DNA of 64,000 bases from Gammaproteobacteria bacterium. GTDB lineage: Bacteria > Pseudomonadota > Gammaproteobacteria > Ga0077536. The notes under the pieces were generated by a model. That model was not told the origin of the DNA and did not search any database. It worked only from the letters and a program-made list of their open reading frames with translations. The stretch spans positions 896,001 through 960,000 of the forward strand of contig CAXXLL010000002.1 of NCBI GenBank assembly GCA_963662545.2. The letters are read 5' to 3'. Of this stretch, positions 40,104-49,252 are shown one piece after another. The translations under genes and the position numbers were made by a program. Position 1 is the stretch's first letter; every line of letters begins with the position of its first letter.

Positions 40104-41243
40104 TTAAGCCGGTGGGTCGAATCCAAGTTCGTTGGGAAAGCCCTCGATGTCCGGCGGTGGGTAATAGCGATCCGAACCGAGCGCGTCGACGCGGGCGAAG
40201 AAGTCTTCGTCGGCGGCGAAACCCATCGGGCCGATCTGCCGTAGATTCATCGCTTGGCGGTAGATGTTCCACGATTCCGGGCGAAGCTCGACGGCGGCCT
40301 GTAGGAAGCTGTTGCCCTCGGCTTCGTTGCCGCTTGTATGCAGGTAAAGCCCCAACCTGAAGTTCGCGTTGGCCAGCGCCACGTTGCCAGTCGGCAGTTG
40401 CATGTGCGCGCGCGCCGCTGCTTCGCTGAACACGTGCCTGCTCTCGGCGCCGTTGACGGCCCAGTCGCGCACCGCGTTGACGTAGGTCTCCTGTGCCTTG
40501 GCGATGATGGCCGCCGAATCCTCCGGCACGGAGAGGTCTTCGCGGTTCATCGAGCGCCAGCCGTCGTGAGAACCGGCGGTTTCGGTCGGCCGGACGATGC
40601 GGCCGTTCTCATCGATCCAGACCGACTGCGGTACGTTCACCATATTGTAGAGATCGGCCACGTGATGTTCGCGATCGATCAGGTTGACGTAAGTCGGCTT
40701 CGCTTCCTCGATCCACTCGCGCGCCGTTTCGTTTCCGCGGCTCTCCTCGGCGACCGATATGATGATGAAATTCTCGTCTTTGACTTGCTCGTACATTGCC
40801 TGCCACACGGACAGGTCATAACGGCACCCTCACCAGGAGGACCAGGTAGTCAAAAATACCCGTTTACCACGGTAGTCGGACAGCGAATGCGGTTTACCGT
40901 CGAGATCGGGCAGGGTGAAATCGGGCGCTTCGAGGGTCTCGAGTGCCTTGGCGCGTTCGCCGGCGCTGTTGCCGAGCATCCAGGTGTCGCCCGCGGCGTC
41001 GTGCAATACCGGGCTATCGATGTGCCGCCAGAACTCGGCGACGTTCACGGCGCCTTCGCGCACGAACTGATCGTCTCGATCCTTCGGCACCGGTACGCAG
41101 ACCTCACCGCGGCACAGGCCTTCCGGTTTCATCGTCCAGCCGGTTGCGCGCGTGACGTCTTCGATCGGAAGCCAGAGGCTTTCGTCCGCGGCTTCGGCAC
41201 CGGCAACGTCGGTTGCGCCGGCTTCAGTCAATATTGTGGCCAT
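40104..41243 (-). CDS. Probable selenoprotein: ResA/TlpA-like thioredoxin-fold protein, WSSW-U-G-C (Sec TGA at 40830-40832, codon 138)
   Basis: ORFs 40830-41243 and 40104-40808 are in frame: APDFTLPDLDGKPHSLSDYRGKRVFLTTWSSW-TGA-GCRYDLSVWQAMYEQ...; SECIS-like hairpin 40799-40815. Confidence 0.88.
40799..40815 (-). promoter_or_regulatory. Putative bacterial SECIS element
   Basis: 14 nt after UGA: stem CCUGUC, loop CGUGU, stem GGCAGG. Confidence 0.6.
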
Positions 41244-41273
41244 CCCGCTTTCTCCCGTGATTTTCTGCTTCTA

Positions 41274-41320
41274 GGAACCTCTGAACAATTCAGATATGCC
41301 ATGACTTATTCAGAGGTTTC
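41274..41320. mobile_element. Internally deleted mini-MITE (47 bp)
   Basis: GGAACCTCTGAACAATTCAGATATGCCATGACTTATTCAGAGGTTTC retains both ends; followed by TTAA. Confidence 0.75.
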
Positions 41321-41484
41321 TTAAATATCAGCCTGCCAGCCCGGAGCATAGCGCATTGTCACCACGGTGGGTGGGTCGAACTGTTGCCGGCGGGGAGACC
41401 GCGATGCGCTACACTCCAGGGCATGCTCCCGGGTATCATTTAAATTCCCCGCGCATGGAATTCGTGCGGACGAGGAGAGGGACC

Positions 41485-42651
41485 ATGAACCCACCGCAAC
41501 TGCCCAGATTGCCCATGGCCGGCGCCGTCGATGCCGACGGGCACATACTCGAGGCGCCCGATCTCTGGGAGCGTTATCTGGAACCCAAGTACCGCGATCG
41601 CGCGATTCGCATTAAGAAGGATCCGGAGGGTCTGGAATACCTCGAAGTGGACCGCAAACCGGCGAAGATGTCGCGCAAAGGGCTGCCTTCGAACCTCGGC
41701 ATCATGGACCAGAACGGCGGGTTCCATTATGAGCGCGAGCCGACGGGCAGCGGTTACGTCGACAATGCGTCGTTCGGATCGATGGATCCGGCCGAACGGA
41801 TTCAACGCCTCGATATAGAAAATATCGAACGTGTATTTCTCTACCCGACGGTCGGACTTTTGTGGGAACCCGAGTGCGAGGATCTTGAACTGGCGATGGC
41901 TTATGCGCGCGCCTACAATCGATGGATCGTGGATTTCTGCTCCGATTCGGCAGGCAGGCTGCTCCCTATCGCGCACATCCCATTCGGGATCCCGGAATTG
42001 GCCGAGGTGGAACTTCGGCGCGCCGCGAAAGACGGCGTGTTGGGGTTTTATTCCGCGCCGTTCATCTGGAGTCGCAAGGGCCACGGCCATCCCGATCATC
42101 ACCGTATCTTCGCCGCGGCCCAGGAACTCGGCCTGCCGTTCGGGATCCACCCGTCATTCGAACCCCATTGGTCCGCATCGACCCGCTTTGGCAAGATGAC
42201 GGGCCGCGATACCGCCTTTTATCAGAATATCGTGGCGGGCAATGCCATTCGCGAGGGATTCACGACACTCTTTCAATACGGGGTGTTCGATCTCTTTCCC
42301 GAACTTCGGGTCGTCATCCTGGAAGTGGGCGCCGGCTGGATCGGGTACTGGATCGAGCGCATGGATGCCGCCTACGATTCGCCACTCGGCCGCAGCGTGC
42401 CCTTGAAGGACAAGCCAAGCGATTATTTTCGTCGCCAGTGCTGGATTTCCGGGGACCCGGATGAGCGCTCGCTGGCTGGCGTCATCCCATACGTTGGCGA
42501 AGACCGCTTTTTCTGGGCCAGCGATTTCCCGCATGCCGATCACCCGCCTGAATATGTTCCCAATTTGATCGAACTCCTCGCGCTTGTTCCGGAGTCAGGG
42601 CGGGAAGGATTGCTCGGGAAGAACGTGCTGGACTGTTACGGATTAAATTGA
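41485..42651 (+). CDS. Amidohydrolase_2 family protein
   Basis: 'VDADGHILE', 'RAYNRWIVDFC', 'GIHP', 'ILEVGAGW', 'WASDFPHAD'; RBS GAGGAG. Confidence 0.9.
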   Translation: MNPPQLPRLPMAGAVDADGHILEAPDLWERYLEPKYRDRAIRIKKDPEGLEYLEVDRKPAKMSRKGLPSNLGIMDQNGGFHYEREPTGSGYVDNASFGSMDPAERIQRLDIENIERVFLYPTVGLLWEPECEDLELAMAYARAYNRWIVDFCSDSAGRLLPIAHIPFGIPELAEVELRRAAKDGVLGFYSAPFIWSRKGHGHPDHHRIFAAAQELGLPFGIHPSFEPHWSASTRFGKMTGRDTAFYQNIVAGNAIREGFTTLFQYGVFDLFPELRVVILEVGAGWIGYWIERMDAAYDSPLGRSVPLKDKPSDYFRRQCWISGDPDERSLAGVIPYVGEDRFFWASDFPHADHPPEYVPNLIELLALVPESGREGLLGKNVLDCYGLN

Positions 42652-42683
42652 ACAAACCTTGCCAAATGAGGAGTCACTAAACC

Positions 42684-43151
42684 ATGGGTGAAAAGCTGAG
42701 AAGCGGGGATACCCTGCCGCCGATTACCTTCGATCGGGTCAATGGCGGAAACGTCACCTTGCCGGGCGATCTCGAAACCGATTTTGCCGTAGTGCTCTTC
42801 TACCGCGGACACTGGTGACCCTTTTGCCGCCGGCAGTTAGTCGGCTACGAGAAAGCTAAAGCGGAACTCGACGCGCTCGGTGTCTCCGTATTTGCAGCGA
42901 GTGTCGATACCGGTGATAAGGCTCAGGAAGTGGCGAGTGAGGTGTCGTTTCCCATCGGCGCCGGCGTGACGCGGGAGCAGGCCGAAGCGATCGGCGCATG
43001 GTGGGACGACGGGCGCAGCATCGTTCAACCGGCCCAGTTCCTCATCCGACGCGACGGCACGATCGTCCAGTCGACCTATTCCGATGGCCCCCTAGGACGC
43101 CTGCTGGCCGAGGACGTGCTCGGCCTGGTCAAATTTCTGGTCAGCCAGTAG
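42684..43151 (+). CDS. Probable selenoprotein: peroxiredoxin-like (AhpC/TSA) protein, UPFC (Sec TGA at 42816-42818, codon 45)
   Basis: RBS GAGGAG, ATG 42684: MGEKLRSGDTLPPITF...VVLFYRGHW-TGA-PFCRRQL continuing in frame into ORF 42930-43151; SECIS-like hairpin 42829-42845. Confidence 0.9.
42829..42845 (+). promoter_or_regulatory. Putative bacterial SECIS element
   Basis: 10 nt after UGA: stem GCCGGC, loop AGUUA, stem GUCGGC. Confidence 0.6.
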
Positions 43152-43219
43152 CGGCGCGGATCGATATCTGGCGCTAGTAGCCGGCGAGTCCGTCAATCCT
43201 TGCATCCCCCGGTTCAGGG

Positions 43220-44017
43220 TCATCGGCCGTGGTAGACGGGTGCCCGTTTCTCCATGAACGCACGCGGGCCTTCCTTGGCATCCTCGGTCTGGAACACAGG
43301 CGCGGAAACTTCCGTTTCGATCCGCAGCGCTTCCGCTTCGGGTTTTCCGAGGCATGCCTTCGTCGAACGGCGGATGGCCTTGACGGCCAGCGGGCCGTTG
43401 GCGGCGATCTTCTCCGCAATCTCCATGGCTTTGGCCATGACGTCCTCAACCACGTAATTGAGGAACCCCAACGCGAGGGCTTCTTCAGCGGTGATCAAAT
43501 CCCCGGTCAATAGCAATTCCATGGCTTTCGCATAAGGGAGTTGCACGGGAAGACGCACCGAAGAACCTCCGGCGGGGAAGATTGCCCATTTGACTTCCTG
43601 TACTCCGAATTTGGCCTCCGGTACGGCGACCCGGATATCGGTGCCCTGCACGATCTCCATGCCACCCGCGATGGCGTGGCCGTTGATCGCCGCGATCACC
43701 GGTTTCTCCGGATCAAAATCGCGCAGTATGGAGCGTCCCAGCAGGTCGGGTTCGCTCATGACCCGTTCATCCCAATCGTTTTCGGGTTGACGCCCACCCG
43801 AGATCAAGGGTATGAGCTGTCCGAGATCCGCGCCCGCACAGAACGCGCTACCGGTGCCGGTCAATACCGCAACGCGGACCTCGTCGTCGTCGCGCACGCG
43901 ATGCCAGGCATCGTCGAGGCCGACCGCCACCTCAGGATTGATGGCGTTTCGCGCATCCGGTCGATTCAAAGTGACGACGGCGACGTGACCGGTGAGTTCG
44001 TAATCGAGTAATGCCAT
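43220..44017 (-). CDS. Enoyl-CoA hydratase/isomerase family protein
   Basis: 'LNRPDARNA', 'FCAGADL', 'AINGHAIAGGME', 'FGVQEVKW'. Confidence 0.92.
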   Translation of the reverse strand: MALLDYELTGHVAVVTLNRPDARNAINPEVAVGLDDAWHRVRDDDEVRVAVLTGTGSAFCAGADLGQLIPLISGGRQPENDWDERVMSEPDLLGRSILRDFDPEKPVIAAINGHAIAGGMEIVQGTDIRVAVPEAKFGVQEVKWAIFPAGGSSVRLPVQLPYAKAMELLLTGDLITAEEALALGFLNYVVEDVMAKAMEIAEKIAANGPLAVKAIRRSTKACLGKPEAEALRIETEVSAPVFQTEDAKEGPRAFMEKRAPVYHGR

Positions 44018-44154
44018 GTTTCCCCCTCGTTTTGAACCTTTGCAATTCGCTCCGGGTCGCCTCGATCATAGATAAAAATGTCGATGAAATCGCCTGATCG
44101 CCAAGCTGCGGTCGAATCCGATCAAGTGAGTGCCGACCAAATTGATAAGATGGG

Positions 44155-44979
44155 GTGATTTGGCTCCAAAACCAAAGGTATGACGTGTTCAGTTACGTAG
44201 ATAAATCAATACGCGAGGATCTCGAATCCGACCGCTTACTGGTCACGCTCGACCGCGACAGCGCCGTAGTCACGGGCAATGATCCCTCCGCGTTCATATC
44301 CATACTCGGGCCGGTACCGATCCCGCGCTTGATCGGATCCCAGGAAGTCGCCCTCGATTGGTATCCTTTCGTGCGCCGCACCGAGCTCTCTCACGTGCTG
44401 GATGCTGCCCGCGACGTTGTCGACGGGGCAAGTACGGCATTTCGCGATCTGTTGCAAAGCTCGATGTCGGTTAATTCCGTTTTTGCCTTGCCGGGTTTTC
44501 GTGACAACGAAGCGCCGTTGGTGCGTTTGCATTCCTGCTGCCTGACCGGTGACGTGTTCGGCTCGCGCCGCTGCGACTGCGGGCCGCAGCTCGAGGCGTC
44601 GTTCGAGCAGATCCTCGCCGAGGGGGACGGCGCAGTGGTGTACATGAGCGGCCATGAAGGTCGCGGTATCGGCCTGTGGGCCAAGGCGATCACCTATCTG
44701 CTGCAGGATCAGGGCAAGAACACCTACGAGGCCAACGTCGCGCTGGGCCTTCCCGAAGATTCGCGCGACTTCAGCGACGCCGCTGTGCTGTTGCGCTATT
44801 TTTTATCCGGCCGGCCGCTGAAGCTCTTGTCCAACAATCCGGACAAGCGCGCGCAGCTGGAGGATTACGGCCAGGCCGTCACGGAAGTCGTTCCGATCGT
44901 CGCCGGCGTTAACGAGCACAATATTCGCTACATCGAGGCGAAGCGCCGCAAGGGACACCTGGTGCCCGACGATCTTTAG
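44155..44979 (+). CDS. ribA: GTP cyclohydrolase II-like protein with atypical N-terminus
   Basis: 'VRLHSCCLTGDVFGSRRCDCGPQL', 'HEGRGIGL', 'LLSNNPDK', 'NIRYIEAK'. Confidence 0.8.
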   Translation: MIWLQNQRYDVFSYVDKSIREDLESDRLLVTLDRDSAVVTGNDPSAFISILGPVPIPRLIGSQEVALDWYPFVRRTELSHVLDAARDVVDGASTAFRDLLQSSMSVNSVFALPGFRDNEAPLVRLHSCCLTGDVFGSRRCDCGPQLEASFEQILAEGDGAVVYMSGHEGRGIGLWAKAITYLLQDQGKNTYEANVALGLPEDSRDFSDAAVLLRYFLSGRPLKLLSNNPDKRAQLEDYGQAVTEVVPIVAGVNEHNIRYIEAKRRKGHLVPDDL

Positions 44980-45020
44980 AAGCGGTGAAGTTCGCTCGCC
45001 AGCGGGCGCGTCGAACAGAA

Positions 45021-45971
45021 TCACGGTAAATCGTTGATATCGCCGGGTGGACCTTCGTGGTGCGGACGGGTCGGGTGCGCCGCTAGGACGGGTTCACCCC
45101 CAACCGGTACGGCGCGGGAGAGGAATTCGATCACCGCGTCGCCGAATACATCGTTTCTGTCGCCGGCGACCATGTGACCGGCACCGGTGATATTGACGTA
45201 TTCACTGTGCGGGCACATGTCGAGAAAAGCCTGTGCGCCGTTCTCGCTCAATACCTCGGAGAGCCCGCCGCGCACGAGCAGGGTCGGCAGGGGTAAATTC
45301 CGGGCGCACGCTTCCAACCGGGCAATGCGCTTCTCGATATCGCGCGGCGCGGCCATAAAGCGTGGATCCCAATGCCAGCGATACCTGCCGTCATCGCTCA
45401 AGCGCAGGTTCTTAGCCAGGCCGCGCAGGTCTTTGGGCGGCTGGCGATGCGGCTGGTAGGCACCGATCGCCTCCGCAACCTGTTCCAGCGTATCGAAGCC
45501 TTCGGGTCGCTGGCTCATGAAATTGAATATCTTCTTGACACCCGCCCGTTCCACCTTGGGGGCAATGTCGACGAGCACGAGCGCAGTCGCGTCCACCCGA
45601 TCTTCGCCGATGGCGACGAGGCTCGTACCGCCACCCATGGATGCACCGACCAGGACCGGGCGGCTGTGCCCGAGCGCATCCAGCAGGCACAACAAATCCT
45701 CCACCATGATGTCCTGTCCGTAGGTGCCGTCGGGCGACCAGTCCGAATCACCATGGCCGCGGGCATCAAATGCCACGGCGTGATAGCCCGCTTCGCCTAA
45801 CGCTTGCCCCGCTTTTTTCCAGGCATGCCGCGTTTGCCCGCCACCATGCTGCAGCAGCACTAGCGGACCTTCGGGGTCGCCCCAGGAATCTCCTGCCAGC
45901 GTGACGCCGCCGGCGCCCGGCCAGCGGTGCATGGGATCCGGGGTTCCGGGTAAGTGTTGGCCTGCGCTCAT
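45021..45971 (-). CDS. Alpha/beta fold hydrolase
   Basis: 'HGGGQTRHAW', 'DARGHGDS', nucleophile elbow 'GASMGG', 'AGHMVAGD'. Confidence 0.92.
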   Translation of the reverse strand: MSAGQHLPGTPDPMHRWPGAGGVTLAGDSWGDPEGPLVLLQHGGGQTRHAWKKAGQALGEAGYHAVAFDARGHGDSDWSPDGTYGQDIMVEDLLCLLDALGHSRPVLVGASMGGGTSLVAIGEDRVDATALVLVDIAPKVERAGVKKIFNFMSQRPEGFDTLEQVAEAIGAYQPHRQPPKDLRGLAKNLRLSDDGRYRWHWDPRFMAAPRDIEKRIARLEACARNLPLPTLLVRGGLSEVLSENGAQAFLDMCPHSEYVNITGAGHMVAGDRNDVFGDAVIEFLSRAVPVGGEPVLAAHPTRPHHEGPPGDINDLP

Positions 45972-46092
45972 GGGAAACGGTATCCAAAGGTAATGATTGA
46001 GCGAATATTATGCACGCCGGAGATAACGCTGGCCCACCCCTTGGATAGAATGAGCAGCGTCAATCAGACCGCGGTACATGAAAGGAGGAGCC

Positions 46093-46686
46093 ATGCCTAC
46101 GCTTCTAAAAACGTTCCTGAACGGATTGCTCGCCTTCCTGCCGATCTTCGTCACCGTTTACGCGATTTATTATTTCGGTCTGTGGCTCGATCGCTTCAGC
46201 AGCGAATTGGTGCACGCGATCGCACCGGAGCTGCCGTACGTACCGGGCTTCGGAATCGTAGTCGGCGTCGGTAGTATTTTGATCCTCGGCGTGCTCGTCT
46301 CTTCAGGGCTCACTCGCTGGATCTACAACCTGATTGAAATTCCCCTTACGCATCTGCCCGTGGTCAAAGAGCTCTACGTAGCCCTCAAACAGCTTACTGA
46401 ATTTCTAAAACCTGATAATGCGCGACATGGCGGCCAGGTCGTGAGCGTCAGGCATCCGGACTTCGCCGTCAGTATGGTGGGTCTTTTGATGCGCCGTGAT
46501 GTCGACGACCTCGATGACCAAATAGCATCGGGTGATTACGTCGCCGTCTACCTGCCTTTGAGCTACCAAATCGGTGGATACACGCTGTTCATGCCGCGCG
46601 ACTGGGTCACGCCTGTCGACATGTCGGTTGAAAAGGCGATGCGCGCCAGCTTGACGGGCTGGATGCAGGTGCGGGACGAGGGTTAG
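46093..46686 (+). CDS. DUF502 family membrane protein
   Basis: 'FLNGLLAFLPIFVT', 'LPVVKELYVALKQL', 'VAVYLPLSYQIGGYT'; RBS AGGAGG. Confidence 0.88.
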   Translation: MPTLLKTFLNGLLAFLPIFVTVYAIYYFGLWLDRFSSELVHAIAPELPYVPGFGIVVGVGSILILGVLVSSGLTRWIYNLIEIPLTHLPVVKELYVALKQLTEFLKPDNARHGGQVVSVRHPDFAVSMVGLLMRRDVDDLDDQIASGDYVAVYLPLSYQIGGYTLFMPRDWVTPVDMSVEKAMRASLTGWMQVRDEG

Positions 46687-46710
46687 GGGACCCCTGCGAG
46701 AAGCTTCTCA

Positions 46711-46791
46711 GGGTCAGGTCTTTCATTGCCACATAACGCCGTTGGATATTTGTGTCGCGGCGTCAGAATGTGGCAATGAAAGACCTGACCC
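46711..46791. repeat. Long REP-like inverted repeat (24-bp perfect arms)
   Basis: GGGTCAGGTCTTTCATTGCCACAT ... ATGTGGCAATGAAAGACCTGACCC. Confidence 0.85.
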
Positions 46792-46882
46792 CAGTATCAA
46801 CGGTATAGTGAACGAGTTCTTGATCCGGCCGGGTTGAGCGCTAAGCTATTGGGCGTTGCACAGCAGCAACGGGAGAGATTCA

Positions 46883-47674
46883 ATGATTGTAGAGCAGGTT
46901 TGGACGGGCAACGCCTATCGAAATTTCAATTACCTGCTGGTGTGCGGGGAGACCGGGGAGGCGATGGCCATTGATCCACTCGATCACGAGAAGTGCCTCA
47001 CGGCCGCGAAATCAAACGGCTGGCAGATCACCCAGGTGTTGAATACGCATGAGCATTTCGATCACACCGGCGGCAATGAGGCTGTTATCGCCGCTACTGG
47101 AGCGAAGCTGCTGGCGCACGCAAATGCCAAGGATGCGATTCCCGGCATGGACCGCGGCCTGGGTGCGGGCGATGTGATCAAGATTGGCAACACCGTCGAA
47201 CTCGAAGCACTGGATACGCCGGGGCATACCATGAGCCACGTGTGTCTCCTTTCGCATACGGATACGCCGGCGCTTTTCTGTGGGGACACCTTGTTCAATG
47301 CCGGCGCGGGGAATTGCCACCACGGCGGACATCCCGCCGAGCTTTACGATACCTTCGCCGATCAACTGGCAAAGCTGCCGGACGACACCCTGATCTATCC
47401 CGGCCACGACTATATCGGCAACAATCTCGAATTCACGCTCGATCGCGAACCTGACAACGATAAGGCGAAATCCCTGCTCGCCGAGGTGAAAAACCAGGAT
47501 CCCAACGCGCCCTTGGTCTCCACCCTGGCGCTCGAAAAGGAAATCAATACCTTTTTCCGCCTGCGCAATCCGACGGTGATCGCAAAGTTGCGCGAAGCGT
47601 TCAGTGATCTGCCCGAGAACCCGGATCCTAAAACCGTCTTCCTGAAATTGCGCGAATTGCGCAACAGCTGGTGA
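46883..47674 (+). CDS. gloB: Hydroxyacylglutathione hydrolase (glyoxalase II, MBL fold)
   Basis: 'THEHFDHTGG', 'TPGHT', 'FCGDTLFNAGAG', 'YPGHDY', 'EKEINTFFR'. Confidence 0.85.
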   Translation: MIVEQVWTGNAYRNFNYLLVCGETGEAMAIDPLDHEKCLTAAKSNGWQITQVLNTHEHFDHTGGNEAVIAATGAKLLAHANAKDAIPGMDRGLGAGDVIKIGNTVELEALDTPGHTMSHVCLLSHTDTPALFCGDTLFNAGAGNCHHGGHPAELYDTFADQLAKLPDDTLIYPGHDYIGNNLEFTLDREPDNDKAKSLLAEVKNQDPNAPLVSTLALEKEINTFFRLRNPTVIAKLREAFSDLPENPDPKTVFLKLRELRNSW

Positions 47675-47696
47675 GCAACTGGACCAGTATCTGGCG

Positions 47697-48317
47697 ATGC
47701 TGAGATCGCTGATCGTCATCCTCACCATCGCGGCCATTGGCGCGGCGGGTCTGATCTTCTCGGGGGTCTATAACGTGAGCGCAGATTCACCGGATTCTCC
47801 ATTAACCGAATGGCTGCTATCGAAAATCATGCACGCGTCGGTGGCGCGGCGGGCAAAGGATGTCAGCGTTCCTGACTTGGACGATGCAGAGATGCGGCTG
47901 GCCGGCGCCGGCGATTTCGACTTCATGTGCGCATCGTGTCACGGCGCACCGGGTCGGCGCGCGGATTCCGCCGGGCAGGGTTTGAATCCGGCGCCGCCCG
48001 ACCTGTCCGAATCTGCCGCGCACATGACGCCGGGCGAACTTTTCTGGATCACCAAGCACGGTATCAGAATGACCGGCATGCCGGCCTGGGGCGCCACGCA
48101 CGGCGATGGCGACTTGTGGCCGGTGGTTGCATTCATGACCGTACTGCCTGAGCTCGACGGTAAGGCCTACCAATCGATGCTCAAGCGAGCCGAGCGCAGG
48201 GGACATCACGCCGTGAAGAGCGACGGCCATCATGATGCTGATACGGGCGATCACGATCATGGCGAAGCCACGGAATCCGAGTCACCGACACACGATCATG
48301 CGGCCCATTCCCATTGA
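47697..48317 (+). CDS. Membrane-anchored mono-heme cytochrome c with His-rich tail
   Basis: CASCH, 'GLNPAPPDL', 'HGIRMTGMPAWG'; C-terminal HH...HH...HDH...HDH..HSH. Confidence 0.88.
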   Translation: MLRSLIVILTIAAIGAAGLIFSGVYNVSADSPDSPLTEWLLSKIMHASVARRAKDVSVPDLDDAEMRLAGAGDFDFMCASCHGAPGRRADSAGQGLNPAPPDLSESAAHMTPGELFWITKHGIRMTGMPAWGATHGDGDLWPVVAFMTVLPELDGKAYQSMLKRAERRGHHAVKSDGHHDADTGDHDHGEATESESPTHDHAAHSH

Positions 48318-48384
48318 TTTTGCTTTTAATGACCTTATTGCATTCCCTCACATCGGAGGCGATTGAAGCGGTTCGCCGTTAACC

Positions 48385-49218
48385 ATGCTGACTGTGCTGG
48401 CCGAACACGAGACCGCCATCCGGCTGGGCGCGTTCGGGGGCGTGTTCGCGGTCATGGCTTTGTGGGAACTGATTGCGCCGCGCCGAGCGCTCAATCTGTC
48501 GCGCTGGCAACGGTGGCCCAACAACATCGGCATCGTCGTGTTGAACTCGGTGCTCGTCAGGTTCGTGATCCCGACGGCCGCGGTTGGGATTGCCTTAACG
48601 GCCGAGTCCCATGCCTGGGGATTGTTTAACCAGTTGCAGCTTCCGGCCTGGATTGAAATCGTCGCCGCGATCTTGCTGCTCGATTTCGTCGTCTTCCTAC
48701 AGCATGTCATGTTTCACGCCGTGCCCGTTTTGTGGCACCTGCACCGCATGCATCACGCGGATCTCGATTTCGACGTCACGACCGGTTCGCGCTTCCATCC
48801 ATTGGAAATTCTCTCGTCCATGCTGATCAAGATAGTGGCGGTGTTGATGCTGGGGCCGGCAGTCGCTGCGGTCGTGCTATTCGAAGTACTGTTGAATGCG
48901 TCATCGCTTTTCAATCACGGTAACGTCCGCATGCCAGGCGCGCTCGACCGGATGCTCCGCACCGTTATCGTGACCCCGGACATGCATCGCGTGCATCACT
49001 CGATCGATCCACGCGAAACCAATAGCAATTTCGGTTTCAATCTGTCGTTGTGGGACCGGCTATTGGGTACCTACCGAGCGCAACCGGCCTTAGACCACAA
49101 TGCAATGACCATCGGACTCGAGCAATTCAGAGAGCCCGGCGCGTCACGAATTGACCGGCTCGTCATGCAGCCTTTCCTGGGTGCGGACGAACGCTACTCG
49201 ATCAATCGGCGCCGTTGA
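48385..49218 (+). CDS. Sterol desaturase/fatty acid hydroxylase family protein
   Basis: His boxes 'HVMFH', 'HRMHH', 'FNHGN', 'HRVHH'; 'NFGFNLSLWDRLLGT'. Confidence 0.92.
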   Translation: MLTVLAEHETAIRLGAFGGVFAVMALWELIAPRRALNLSRWQRWPNNIGIVVLNSVLVRFVIPTAAVGIALTAESHAWGLFNQLQLPAWIEIVAAILLLDFVVFLQHVMFHAVPVLWHLHRMHHADLDFDVTTGSRFHPLEILSSMLIKIVAVLMLGPAVAAVVLFEVLLNASSLFNHGNVRMPGALDRMLRTVIVTPDMHRVHHSIDPRETNSNFGFNLSLWDRLLGTYRAQPALDHNAMTIGLEQFREPGASRIDRLVMQPFLGADERYSINRRR

Positions 49219-49252
49219 GTAGAATGTGATAAATCATACAGTGGCGCGCATT

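Noticed and set aside
40338-41324. 328-aa + strand ORF
   Set aside because: Antisense shadow of the ResA-like selenoprotein with no recognisable motif
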